64,000 nucleotides of DNA, taken from assembly GCA_964016885.1 (NCBI GenBank), contig OZ024746.1, positions 98,208,001-98,272,000 of the forward strand, written 5' to 3'. A model generated the notes under the pieces. It was not told the DNA's origin. It saw only the letters and a program-made list of their open reading frames with translations, and did no database searches. The position numbers and the translations under genes were made by a program. The stretch comes from Eledone cirrhosa. Taxonomy: Eukaryota. Position 1 is the first letter of the stretch; every line of letters starts with the position of its first letter. Of the stretch, positions 39,812 to 55,976 are shown piece after piece.

Positions 39812-40854
39812 CGAAGGAAATGTGGTAAGGAACCAGGTGGACCATAACGCACCAAAGTACTCAATACTTGGGGTAGTAGAGTGGGTAATAGGAACCAGTA
39901 AGACCCCGACGGCTGAGCTCAAGCCGTTTCGACGGCTAATTCTGGACTAAATGAAAATTCATCCTGGTATTTAAATAGCCGATCTTCTCAAGGGGTAATT
40001 CCATATATGGTCAAAGTGATTGTCAAAAGTCAGTAGTAATTCTGTGATTGCAAATTAGTAGGGGAGATGGTGGCTAAACCTGCCAGTAGGAGAAGGAGGG
40101 GAGGGGTGGAGTAGACCCAATCAAGCGTTGGTAGTGCCAGCTACAGCTGGGCATGAGGTCAAAGAAGATACTGGGGAGGGGGAGGGGGAGGAAGTCGGAA
40201 CGGTAAGTAGAACAATGAGGGGTAAAAATATATATGAAAGAAAAAATACTGAGAGTGAAGAAAAGCGAATAAGTGTAAAGAAAAAAGTAAAGCAAGTTCT
40301 ACGACCTAAGTCTCTAGCTATTGTTAGGCTAGATAAATAAATAAAGAAAGAAAGAAAGAAGTAAAGAAAGAAATAAAGAAATAACTTCTTTCTTTCTTTA
40401 TTTATTTATTTATCTAGCCTAACAATAGCCTGAGACCTAGGTCGTAGAACTTGCTTTACTTTTTTCTTTACACTTATTCGCTTTTCTTCACTCTCAGTAT
40501 TTTTTCTTTCATATATATTTTTACCCCTCATTGTTCTACCTACCGTTCCGACTTCCTCCCCCTCCCCCTCCCCAGTATCTTCTTTGACCTCATGCCCAGC
40601 TGTAGCTGGCACTACCAACGCTTGATTGGGTGTACTCCACCCCCTCCCCTCTTTCTCCTACTGGCAGGTTTAGCCACCATCTCCCCTACTAATTTGCAAT
40701 CACAGAATTACTACTGACTTTTGACAATCACTTTGACCATATATGGAATTACCCCTTGAGAAGATCGGCTATTTAAATACCAGGATAAATTTTCATTTAG
40801 TCCAGAATTAGCTGTCGAAACGGCTTGAGCTCAGCCGTCGGGGTCTTACTGGTT

Positions 40855-40858
<4 letters not shown>
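39810..40858. mobile_element. ~1-kb foldback non-coding PLE element with two U3-A8 hammerheads
   Basis: Arms ~39888-40363 and ~40383-40858 are near-perfect inverted repeats. HHRs at 39903-39996 (-) and 40751-40844 (+). Tail at 39810-39887. (TA)n flanks. Confidence 0.88.
40751..40844 (+). ncRNA. Hammerhead ribozyme with U3-A8 core
   Basis: ACCCC TTGAGAA GA t CGGCTA ... TAGCTG TC GAAA CGGC TTGAGCTCA GCCG TC GGGGT. GUC site. Confidence 0.72.
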
Positions 40859-40917
<59 letters not shown>

Positions 40918-41520
40918 GGAAAAAATGAAATTTCATTTCTCACTCTTAGTACGGCTGATACTTCAATATAAGTATGTATACGTACATATATATATGTACA
41001 CAGACGTACAGTAGTATGTATATACATACATGTTTACAAACAAACCGAGCATTAAAATAAATGTTCGGTAAACCCATACGTACATATATATGTGTGTGCA
41101 TGTATGTGTGTGTAATAATATGGACGAGGTGTTAAATTATACATTTATTGAGGTGAAGACTACGCATCGAGTGCTTAATCTGGTGAACCTACACTAACTT
41201 GATGTTACAATCCCTAAACTATATATATATATATTAAAATTTACAATATCATATATATATATAATATTATTGTAAATTTTAAAAGATTTATTCAATACAT
41301 ATAGTGTAGACAATCTACGAAGAATATTTTTCCTTTTGATCCGTCTCGAACTCGATCAGTAAAAATGTAGTTTCAAATATTCAATTTCTTAATCTAATCT
41401 AAAATATTTAACATTATATATTAACTTTCTATGTGTCTCTTTAACTCTGTACTGTACAGAACTTTTCCTGAATAGTCCCTTCAATAAATCATCAAGTATA
41501 TTATTATAATTTATTATTAA

Positions 41521-41720
41521 AGGGCGGTGGATTGGCAGTATCGGTAGAATGTCGGACGCCATGCTTTCTAGCATAGTTACGTCCCTTTACGATCTGAGTT
41601 CAAATCCCGCCGAGGTTGACTTTGCCTTTCATCCTTACGGGGTCGATAAAATAAAGTACCAGTAATGCACTGGGTAATTGCTGGCCTTGTGCCTAAAGTA
41701 GAAACAATTATTATTATTAT
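41521..41720 (+). mobile_element. Full-length family-A tRNA SINE
   Basis: A box, B box, body and (ATT)n tail. ATTATTAA occurs on both flanks. Confidence 0.9.
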
Positions 41721-42381
41721 TAAAATCATTATTATTATCATTATTGGCAACAAAGAAACGCTGCAAGGATGAAAGTGTAAGATTGTGTGAGGGGAATACA
41801 TAAAAGTCTGTCGGATGTTGTTGACAGCTACAGCTATTGTAGATACTTGAGAAAAATTACATTCTGGATATCTCACTGAGAAATGTAATATAGATGTTAG
41901 TGAGGTTGTATTAATTGTAGAATTAGTCAAGATTGAATGTATGTGACTTAAGGAGATCTATTTGTTATACAAAGCGTTGCTTTAGAAATACCTGCTTTTG
42001 TCTAATATGATATATCTAAACTGCGACTGTCATGAACCGTCACATATATAGAACCGTAACAAATTGTATAATTCAATTACTCGGTTTCTTGTTACGTATT
42101 AATATCTCCAGAACAACTCTACAGACGTCTATTGCATTATCCGGCATTCAAAATTCCATGACAAAACACGACTAATAACCAGACATATATATATAAATGT
42201 GTGTTGGTGTGTGTGAGTGTGTGTGTGTGTACATATATATATATATATATGGGCGTGTGTGTGTGTGTGTGTGTGTCTGTGAAAGCATAAATTAGTTGCT
42301 CTACGAGTTTATCTATACATAAATATATAAAACCTGCATCGAGGCCTCTCTGGATTTTGGTCACCGTATCAATTATTACTA

Positions 42382-42412
<31 letters not shown>

Positions 42413-42948
42413 GTAATAATAATAAATTTGAAGACTAAAATCCAAAGAGGGCTCAATAAGGATAAATATATATCAAATATATAAGAACCCTAGAGCAAAT
42501 ATTTATTAAAATAACAGATTAATGTTTAAGCAAAGAATCGGTGCTTTCACCCTTAACGGGATCTTCTGAAACTAAAAAAATCAATCTATGAACACAGAAG
42601 TAAATATTTCGAAAAACGTTCATTGCCAGGGAACGTCTTCATGAACTAAAGTATCGTCTTCCTGTTTTCCTTCGGTTACAACGCTTTTCGAAATATTTAC
42701 TTCTGAGTTCACAGATTGATTTTTTTAGTTTCAGAAGATTCCGTTAAGGGTGAAAGCAGCGATTCTTTGCTTAAACTTTAATCTGTTATTTTAATAAATA
42801 TATATATATATATATTTATTTATTAAAATAACAGATTAAAGTTTAAGCAAAGAGTCGCTGCTTTCACCCTTAACGGGATCTTCTGATTTGATATATATTT
42901 ATCCTTATCGAGCCCTCTTTGGATTTTAGTCTTCTAATTTATTATTAT

Positions 42949-43000
<52 letters not shown>

Positions 43001-43331
43001 ATAATAAATTTGAAGACTAAAATCCAAAGAGGGCTCGATAAGGATAAATATATATCAAATATATAAGAACCGTAAAGCAAATATTTATTAAAATAACAGA
43101 TTAAAGTTTAAGCAAAGAATCGCTGCTTTCACCCTTAACGTTTTGCTCCGTTCTTTGCCAGTGAACGTTTCCACGAACCAAAGTATCGTCTTCCTGTCTT
43201 CCTCCGGTTGCAACGTTTTTTGAAATATTCACTTCTGCGTTCACAGATTGACTTTGTTAGTTTCAGAAGATCCCGTTAAGGGTTAAAGGAGCGATTCTTT
43301 GCTTAAACTTTAATCTGTTATTTTAATAAAT
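42413..43331. mobile_element. Cluster of three foldback pLTR remnants of one family (U4A HHR-like motif)
   Basis: Repeated and inverted modules separated by (TA)n. 42727-42777 reads AGTTT CAGAAGA t TCC GTTAA GGG t GAAA GCA GCGATTCTT TGC TT AAACT. The tail is also at 32980-33070. Confidence 0.7.
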
Positions 43332-43414
43332 ATATATATATTTGTATGTATATATATATATTTATATATATGTGTGTGTATATATATATGTATATATATA
43401 TATGTATATATATA

Positions 43415-43466
<52 letters not shown>

Positions 43467-43471
<5 letters not shown>

Positions 43472-43882
43472 ATACTTTGGGAGGGTCATGTTGCCAATAA
43501 GAAACACACGCACCAGTTGCTTTCACTTCAATTTATTATAAATTAAATTTATAAATTTAGGAATTGATAAATTTCCGGTTGGTTGGTTGGTTCCACAACC
43601 AGACGATTGTTCATATATTGTCAAAGTTCTTTCGTCACACATTCTGTGACCTCTTCAGTGACTGGGGATTCTTTTCTTTGTTTTTGTGTCTCTCCTTTGT
43701 TCTGTCCTACGCCATCTTGTTTTTGTGTGTGTTGTGTGCTTAGTTTGCGCATGTGTTACATCCGGGTGTCTGTGTGTGTTTATATTTGTTTATTTATTTG
43801 TTTATTTACATGTTACTGGTTGGTTGTTATCGGTTTCAACACACGTTTTCAGATAAAGAATCTTGCTAAATAAATTCAGAAA

Positions 43883-43884
<2 letters not shown>
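43467..43884. mobile_element. Solo inverted pLTR + tail of the 14452-16393 PLE family
   Basis: 43467-43817 matches 14548-14887. 43828-43884 is the reverse complement of 14492-14547. (TA)n lies on both sides. Confidence 0.88.
43620..43662 (-). ncRNA. Type I minimal hammerhead ribozyme
   Basis: GTCA CTGAAGA g GTCACA GAATG TGTGAC GAAA GAAC TT TGAC. Confidence 0.72.
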
Positions 43885-43934
<50 letters not shown>

Positions 43935-44059
43935 GAAACCACGCGAGTCCTTTACACTGTTGCTTCATTTGATATATATATAACTAGGTGAGGTACCCAG
44001 CTTCGCCAAGGTTAACAAATGATAAGAGAAGACCGGCAGAAGAGAAAATGAGCAGATGT

Positions 44060-44574
44060 CATCATGCTAAAGAACGTCTGGACATTAAAAGAGATCTGCC
44101 CAAGAACTAAACTTCGTATCTCCAACTCCAACTTGAAGGTGGTACTGCTGTACAGATGTGAAACTTGGAGGACAACATAGAAGATGCAGCAGAAGATTCA
44201 GACATTCTTCAACGCCTGTCTGAGGCACATCTACAACATCAAATGACCGATCAGAAACAAAGACCTATGGGAGCAAGCTGGACAGGAACCAGTGGCAAAG
44301 CAGATTCTGTGGAGGAAGTGGAGCTGGATTAGACATACCCTCAGGAAACCAGCATCCAACACCACATGCCAAGCCCTGACCTGGAAACAGCAGGTTAAGA
44401 AGAAGAGAGGCCGGTCCCACGGCAGATGGGGCCATGACACTGAGGCTGAATTAAGAAAACTGGAAGAAAACTGGAGTGGAGTGACGAGAGTAGCCCAGGA
44501 TGGTGTGCAATGGCAGAGGGTCGTCAATGGCCTATGCTCCACAGAGAGCGATGGAGCTGAATGAATGAATGAAT
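44060..44574 (+). pseudogene. RTE-clade LINE 3' fragment
   Basis: TKLRI..SN.KVVLLY.CETW, KIQTFFN.CLR.I, RKWSWI.HTLRK, ALTW...KKRGR and AQD..QW..VVNGLC, followed by a (TGAA)n tail. Confidence 0.88.
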
Positions 44575-46710
44575 ACATTTTATTAAACAAGTCGGAAGAA
44601 ACAAAGTATAATACTAAAGAAGCCAGCTAGCAACGAAGGCGATCCTCTATGCAGTCGATTTACATTCAAATCACACCCTTTTATGTTAAAAGAAAACAGA
44701 AACACATTAGTTAATATAGTCCTAGCTATACTATAAGATAGTTGGCCATGAAAGGTATGTCTTTCACTTCAATCAGGACATACCTTTAGCTGAACAACAC
44801 AACAACTATAAAGAGGCAAGCTGAAATCTTTCTCAGCCATTCTGGTTTCAATTTATACGAATACATCATCTATAAAATATTCCGTTATATGTGATTTTAC
44901 ACTTTTTATTATCTTAAGTTCATTAATAATTGTTTTTACTTTTGGCACAAGACCAGCAATTACCCCAGTGCATTACTGGTATTTTATTTTATCGACCCCG
45001 TAAGGATGAAAGGCAAAATTAACCTCGGCGGGATTTGAACTCAGACCGTAAAGGGTCGTAACTCTATGCTGCAAAGCATTTTGTCCGACCTTCTATCGAT
45101 ATTGCCAATAAAATGACCTAGTGCCAGGCCATAAATTTATCAGAGAAACGTATGGTTGATTAAATCGACACCAATACCTGACAGGTACCCATTTTATAGA
45201 GCAGAAAGGAGAAAGTCTCAAGAAACACATGTTGGATTTGAATTCCAACCGTAAAGTTACATAACTAAAAACAGCAAGATCAGTAATTTAGTGGGAAAGG
45301 TGGGACAACCGTTTGTATGGACCCCTGTACTTTATTTTATCGACCTGAGAAAGATGAAAGTTAAATTTGACCTCGACAGGATTTGAACTCAGAACGTTAA
45401 GACCCGGTACAATACCAGTTCACCGCCCTTCACCACGCTCAATAATGACTTCAAATTTGGGTATAAGACTAGCAATATTAGGGGAGGGGAAAGTTGATTA
45501 TATCGTCAGTAATACTTCAATGATACGAGGGTCAGTGCACACTGCTAGCGGAGCGGCCATATTTACACTGTAACAGCAACAAAGATGACTGGCACGATCA
45601 AGCTTAAACTTCGATCACGTGACCACAATAGTACCACCTATAAGCACGCATGAACAGAGGTTTTAGTGTGACAAATCTAAAGATATGTTATGGCGAAAGT
45701 GCGGATAATTATTTGACTAACCTTCGTACTTTATTTTATCGACCTTAGAAAGAAGAAAGCAAAGTTGACTTCGGCGAGATTTGAACTCAGAAAGTTAAGA
45801 ATCACTGTAAATAGCACTTAGCATTTTCCCACCCTTCGCCACACTCAATAATAGCCGCAAAATAACATTTCTTAGTTCGCCGTCAAATATATAGTCATGC
45901 CGACTCATCCATTCATTCATTATAGATAGCAATTATTTAATCATATTAGATTTCATACGGCAATCCAAACTCAGCAAAAGCCTGTCCTGTAATATGCTAG
46001 AAACAATTATCCTGTCTTAAATGGTCGTGTATCTATTCATGACAAATCTTTATTGCTTTTTATTTTCGTATAAATCATAATCACTATATGCATTCAAGAA
46101 AACTAATCCCACTCACTATTTATATAACATCACTAAGTAAATATATTTTATTTCATATGTTGTTTACACACAAATTAAAAATATTTTATCAACTCCATTA
46201 AAGTTATTTATAAGAATAGTGAAATGAATTAGTTAAATCTACGGCGATATTAATAAATATATTTGAGATGAAACTACATTGCATTTGTATAGCAAATTAG
46301 CAAATATATTTACTGAACGGAAAAAATCAAAAGTGAATAGATTTATATAAAACAATATCTTTATATGAAATCTAACTCTAATTTTCTTTATACGTTGAGA
46401 TCTAAACGAAATGCTTGGTTGAACTTCTGCGAAGTTCTTTGTTAATATTTATACCGAGAACATAGTTATATAATTGGAATTTAATATGATATTCTTTCTG
46501 TCATCGTATTCTAGTGATACACCTCTACCATGAAATGGTAAATGTAAAGCTTCATTCAGAGGTTGCTGTCCGGCGTTCCTCGCTCAAAAGACATAGATCA
46601 ATATTCATTAATGTTATACAACCTCCACATTCGTTAATGAAAGAAAATTGCTGTTTTCACTGAAAGGAGGAAATTAAACAACCACTCATTATAGAAACAG
46701 TATCCGACTG

Positions 46711-46742
<32 letters not shown>

Positions 46743-46819
46743 ATCTCTTTCTCTCTCTCTCTCACTCTTTCTCTGTTTCTCTCTTTCATTCGTTCTTTTT
46801 CTCTTTCTTTCTATTTCTT

Positions 46820-46880
<61 letters not shown>

Positions 46881-47011
46881 TTTATCGTTCTCTCTCTCTC
46901 TCTCTATCTATCTATCTCTTTCTCTTTTTCTCATTCTTTCTCTTTCTTTCTCCTCTTTTTTTCTCTCCCTTTATCTCTCTCTCTCTCCCTCTCTCTCTAT
47001 CTATATATATA

Positions 47012-47080
<69 letters not shown>

Positions 47081-47088
<8 letters not shown>

Positions 47089-47700
47089 TGTCCTCTCGTT
47101 ATCGAGTATGGCCATTGCACGATATACCATTATTAATAATTGTTAATTAATTCTATCGTGCAATGCCTGTGCGTGAAGATATATTTTAAAGTGAGGAAAG
47201 ACTGTGCACTGAGCCAATCCCACTCTCTGAGCAACACTAGCTATAACCCGAAACGAAGAAAAGATCAACATCATCGGTAACTACTGAGCCGCAGGTTTTA
47301 TATCGGAGTTATCCCTGTTTCCGGAGTTGCCTTCTCCTAGAAGAATGCCCTGACAAAGGCTAGGGGTCCTTCACTCCCAGTGGTTTAACCGCGCGATAGG
47401 GTGTCCAGCCCGACTATTTCTATGTCCCCGCGCATATACATACACATGCACCCATGTATATACACATATACATACATGTGTACATGTGTATATACATATT
47501 TACACACTTTTGGATGGCCGTTGACTCTTATGAGTTCGTCCGCCCTTTGTCAGGTTTTGATTTTTGTTCTGCAGGATGTCCCAAATCCCCCTCCTCACCA
47601 AGTAAACTTGGCGGGGTTGCCGGTTTAGTCGCCGACGACCCGACCATCTGACAGGTTGTACTGGGTTACATGTTACCAGTAGCACTCAAGAGTGACCGAC
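47081..47700 (-). mobile_element. Unclassified ~620-bp retroposon-like insert in (TA)n, possibly an RTE-derived non-autonomous element
   Basis: GC-richer island bounded by (TA)n. The resemblance to RTE UTRs is from recollection only. Confidence 0.3.
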
Positions 47701-47703
47701 ATG

Positions 47704-47737
<34 letters not shown>

Positions 47738-48310
47738 TACATACATATATATATATCTTTCTCTCTCTCTTTATCTCTTTCTCACTCTCTCTCTCTCTCA
47801 TTCGTTCTTTTTCTTTCTTTCTCTTTCTCTTTTTTTCACTTTCTTTATCTTTCACTCTCCCTCTTTCTCTCTTTCCTACTCTTTCTCTCTCTCTCTCTAT
47901 ACATATATATATAGAGAGAGAGAGAGGGAGAGAGGGGGAGGGGGAGGGGGTATACAGAGATATATACATCAATCATACAAGTCGAAGATGTTATCAAACT
48001 GACTTGGAAGACGAATCCAGCTAATATACAATATTTATTCACCAGTTATTTAAATCGACTTTACGTTGGCATGACAAATAAGGCCTGTCGTAGGGTTTGG
48101 GGTTGCAGGATATCTATATTGTATGTTTGCCTTGGAATTATATTTGAGTAGTAATCCATGCTTTCATAATCTGTCTTTCTTCTACCTTAATACTGATTAC
48201 AGACGATAAATTTAATCATACATTTAATGGTTTCTGATTTAATCACAAGGCCTGCAATTTCATGGAGAAGGAATACACGATTATATTAACCCCAGTACTA
48301 AAGTGATACT

Positions 48311-51739
<3,429 letters not shown>

Positions 51740-52215
51740 ATGCATACATTTATATGTCTGACTATATAAATATAAACGTGTAAATACAGACAAACGTACA
51801 AAAATACACACTCACTGACATACATTCACACAAACTCACACAAACATTCACACAAACTCACACATACATTCACACAAACATACACACACACATACACTCA
51901 CACACAGCGTAGCAAATGAAACGCCATCCACTGTTTTGCTATTGTTTTTTCACCATCCCCTTCCTTCCTTTTACACACACATACATTCACACACACACAC
52001 ACACATTGTGAGACGAACGGACGGAAGTCGCTCAAATTTATATATAGATTTACGATGTTTACTACCTTTACTTCGTTTCTGCCTTGCTCATGATAAAAAG
52101 TATCTAACAGCTCAATCGTGTAGGGATGCAGTGTTATTAAATGTCTTAAATGTCTTAAGTTAACACTTAATAGTAACTGTAATGGGAGATTTAATAATAC
52201 ATAGTATATAGATTA

Positions 52216-52921
52216 TGATGTGGTTCTGGAATGTAGAGAGCTTCTGAAGTGACCTTGTCGTCCAGTTAACACAATCAAGACCATATAACACAACTGGTAG
52301 GATGTAAGTATTGAAGATCTTAGCCTTCAAATGATAGGAAACTCGTTTTGATGTTAGTACTTCCTTGTTCTTGTTGAAAGCTGCCCAACCTAGAGCGTTC
52401 GATACTGCGCAGCAACCATTCCATTGTTGTTTGATGATAGTTTCTGACCCAGATATACAAACTCCATAACTCGAGCAATTTGCTGGTCGTAGATTGTGAG
52501 TTGGAGACTGGCATTGTTTTTATCAGTTGTCATACCCTTTGTTTTGGAGATGTTGATGCGTAAGCCAGCCTCCAGACTTATGACTAGCAAGCGGCTCAGC
52601 GACCGTATCTGTATCAGTGAGCTGCTCAACATTACCAAACTTAGACCAATTACATCAATTGTCAAGTCAAGAGTACTCAAACTATACAGTCATAAAAAGA
52701 TCAACCTGTGGTGTGAGTAGGTTATGTTTGGAAGGAAGATTGGTTGGTAAGAAAAGCAGCGGCCGGCAGCCAAACGATGGCTCGATAATGTCAACTTATG
52801 GACTGGACTTGATCTTTGGTCTTTAAACTCTGCTGCTGGTGATCGAACTTTGTGGAGAGAGATATCACATGTTGATGCGCAGTCTGCTACTGGCGAAGTT
52901 TAGCGTCAAAGTAAGTAGTAT
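52216..52921 (+). mobile_element. LINE copy with 5' inversion (twin priming) and 11-bp TSD
   Basis: 52218-52575 matches 11960-12317 directly. 52574-52920 matches the reverse complement of 11611-11954. TATATAGATTA is at 52205-52215 and 52922-52932. Confidence 0.88.
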
Positions 52922-54329
52922 TATATAGATTAAAACTGACAGAGAATGTTATTTTCTCAGAAACAAATTGAATACATAAAGTATTCGCATAAAACCAGAT
53001 AACCACTATACACAGTCCTTCTGCCCAGAACGCCATCCTCCCCTCTGGAAGTATTTCCCTGCACATGTCCTTCATGCAGGAGTCGACTTCAATAATTTAA
53101 ACTAAACATCAGCGGCTTCAATTTCATCAGTCTCAGATCCAATTCTGCAATCTAGCTTGGATTCTTCGTTGAGGCTAATTTACTTCACTTACGCCAGTAA
53201 TTCTCTTGTTAAAGGCATGAACGTCACATACTTTCATTCCACTCAACTACAAAATAGTCGGCCTTTTGCCTAGGCAACAAATCGATATTGTTAGAATGCT
53301 GGCAAATGGCAAAGCCTTTCCTTTCTGAATATCATTCTTCAATCAAGATGATTGCTATTATGAACGTACATTGTTATTTCCATCGCGCGATTTATTTTTT
53401 CATTGGGAAATCGGCCATTTATTGATACATTACAAATTGCTTGGTAATGTAATTATTAGATTACGGATCAGAAAAAGAAAGTAAATACTTGTTCTACTAT
53501 CTGAAAGTCTTCCGGGTGTACTAAAGTTGAGCTCTATTTAGACGGCAGAACCGGAAAATGACTAGAAGCCATTCCAAAATCATTAAAGACTTCAATGGAA
53601 TATCTCTTATTCTTATCTTTTGTTTTACTGCAGATGTAATTCTAAATCATAGAGGTTTCTACAGGTTAATTCTCTATTTAATCTGAAAAGGAATTCAATA
53701 TATTACTATTGCTAGTCATATAGTGTCATATAATATATTATCAGAAAAGAATTAATGGAGTAAGTTAACCAGCAAATATAAGTAAAACTCTTCTTTATAA
53801 AGAACTTTTATTAAAATGGTTCTGAGAATTATTTCAAAATTGTCAGTCAGACAAATATAACAATAGAAATAAATTGAATATATATCTTCTAAAAATTCAA
53901 AATAATTAAAGACGGAAAAGGAAAGGAAATCCATGAGCTTGGCTGGTCACACTTGGTGATCCAGCCGGATCAGTTGGACAGCTGCTTCTGACAGGACCCA
54001 CTGGAAGGAAGTGTTTGAGGACTCTGCTCCCCCACGACCCTCACGACCCTCTCGCGAAGAAGAAGAAGAAGAAGAAGAAGAAGAAGAAGAAGAAGAAGAA
54101 GAAGAAGAAGAAGAAGAAGAAGAAGAAGAAGAAGAAGAAGAAGAAGAAGAAGAAGAAGAAGAAGAAGAAGAAAAGAAATCGACACATAAATGTGCAAAGA
54201 AAATGAAAAATTATTCGATTGATTCTAATAATTTCTTGGTGCTTAATTTATCGATTCCTGGCGGGTGAATGTCAAAGACAACACCAGCTGGATTAGAACT
54301 CAGAATACAATAGGCAAATTAGTAACGCA

Positions 54330-54554
54330 ATAATAATGGTTTCTGATTTAGGCAAAAGGCCAGCAATATTGGGAGAGGGGTAAGTCGATTAAATCGACCC
54401 TAGTGCGTGACTGGTACTTTATTCTATCGATTCCGTAGGGATGAAAGGCAAAGTTAACCACGGCGGAGATTGAATTCAGAACGTAAAGGGCCGTAACTCT
54501 TCTCCACGAAACAGTGTGTCCGACGCTCTACCGATTCTGCCAATCCACCGCCCT
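54330..54554 (-). mobile_element. Family-A tRNA SINE
   Basis: Reverse complement of the family-A motifs. Confidence 0.88.
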
Positions 54555-55936
54555 ATCTAATGCAATAATAATGTACGTAGCATATACTTTGAATAACATC
54601 ACAGAGTCGAGTAGAAAAACATTAATGATTTTAAATAATCGGAATTTGGTGTAAGATATGCAGTTGTAGGAAGGGAATATTATAAAAAAATACACGAAAA
54701 TAACTAACATCTTAAAACCTATCCGAGGATTGGAAAAGAAATCTGAGGTTTACACAATAAAGCTTCAACAAAAGCTAATTCTCTATTCTGAAAAGTATTT
54801 TTTATGTTCGAGAAAAAATATTCACTAATTTGTTTCCCAGTAACTTCTCTGATATAAAACAAATGATGCAACAATCTACTTTTAACAAAATTGCTTCGTT
54901 GATCTGAGATTCATATTAATCTTCGATAAAATCTAGCTGTTTTATATTTAATGTCTTTTCTCGATTAAAAATAAGATGGTAGTAATCTGTCTCCACATCG
55001 CTATTCAAAATATTTTTATCCATCATGATATTTCTTAAAAATATTTAGATTATCTGCATTAAATGATAGCAATAAAGAATTGTATGCTAGTAAAACATTT
55101 ATGCAGAACTTACTGACTTCATATAGCTACATTATCTTAAAGAATTGATCATAAATACAATCTCTCGATTAAACTCTGATCGAAGGAGAATGAGGACACA
55201 TTCTTACTGTTTAATCCTACTTAACTAAATTAGTTTTATCTAAATGCAACTTCATTAATTTCAATACTAAAACAAAACAGTATTTTCATATATTTATATC
55301 TAATTTAAAAGGAGACTTTTAATGAGAGAAAGTGAGAGCTCTGACTGTATGTTAATCCAAAGTAATGAGAACAATGTTAACTAATGTTACATGAAAACTT
55401 CAATTGTGTGATGTCTGTTGAACCAGAATTGATTATGTGTGTATATTAATGTAGAATAACAGTATATCACAGACTGATTTTATCATATTCTTTTACTCAG
55501 CCGTCATAGTAATGTAAAGCGGAGAAGGTGTTCCTACCCCACGATTCTCCATGCAGTAGAAAAGGGAATAAGCTTTAGATATGACTAGACCACCTGTCAC
55601 CTGTTGAGTCACGTTCATTTCAAAATATTTTTTAAAATCCTGTTCACTTTAAAATAATTTTTAAATAATAAAAACATACAAACATGTATATAATGTGAAA
55701 TGAAACTGGAAGGCTCATATATATGCGTTTGTATGTATATATATATATATAAATGTGTGTATAAATATATATGTGGGTGATCTATATACACTGGTAATAG
55801 ATACACACACACATATACATATACACTACACCACCAGCTCTCTCTCTTCCATTCTCCTTGCCCCCCCCCCCCCCCTCCTCTCTCTATGTCTCTCTTTCAA
55901 TCTACTCTCTCACAACCACTATCTCTTTCTCTCTAT

Positions 55937-55976
<40 letters not shown>

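Noticed and set aside
47560-47700. HDV-like ribozyme in a putative RTE 5' UTR
   Set aside because: The nested double pseudoknot could not be built convincingly by eye.
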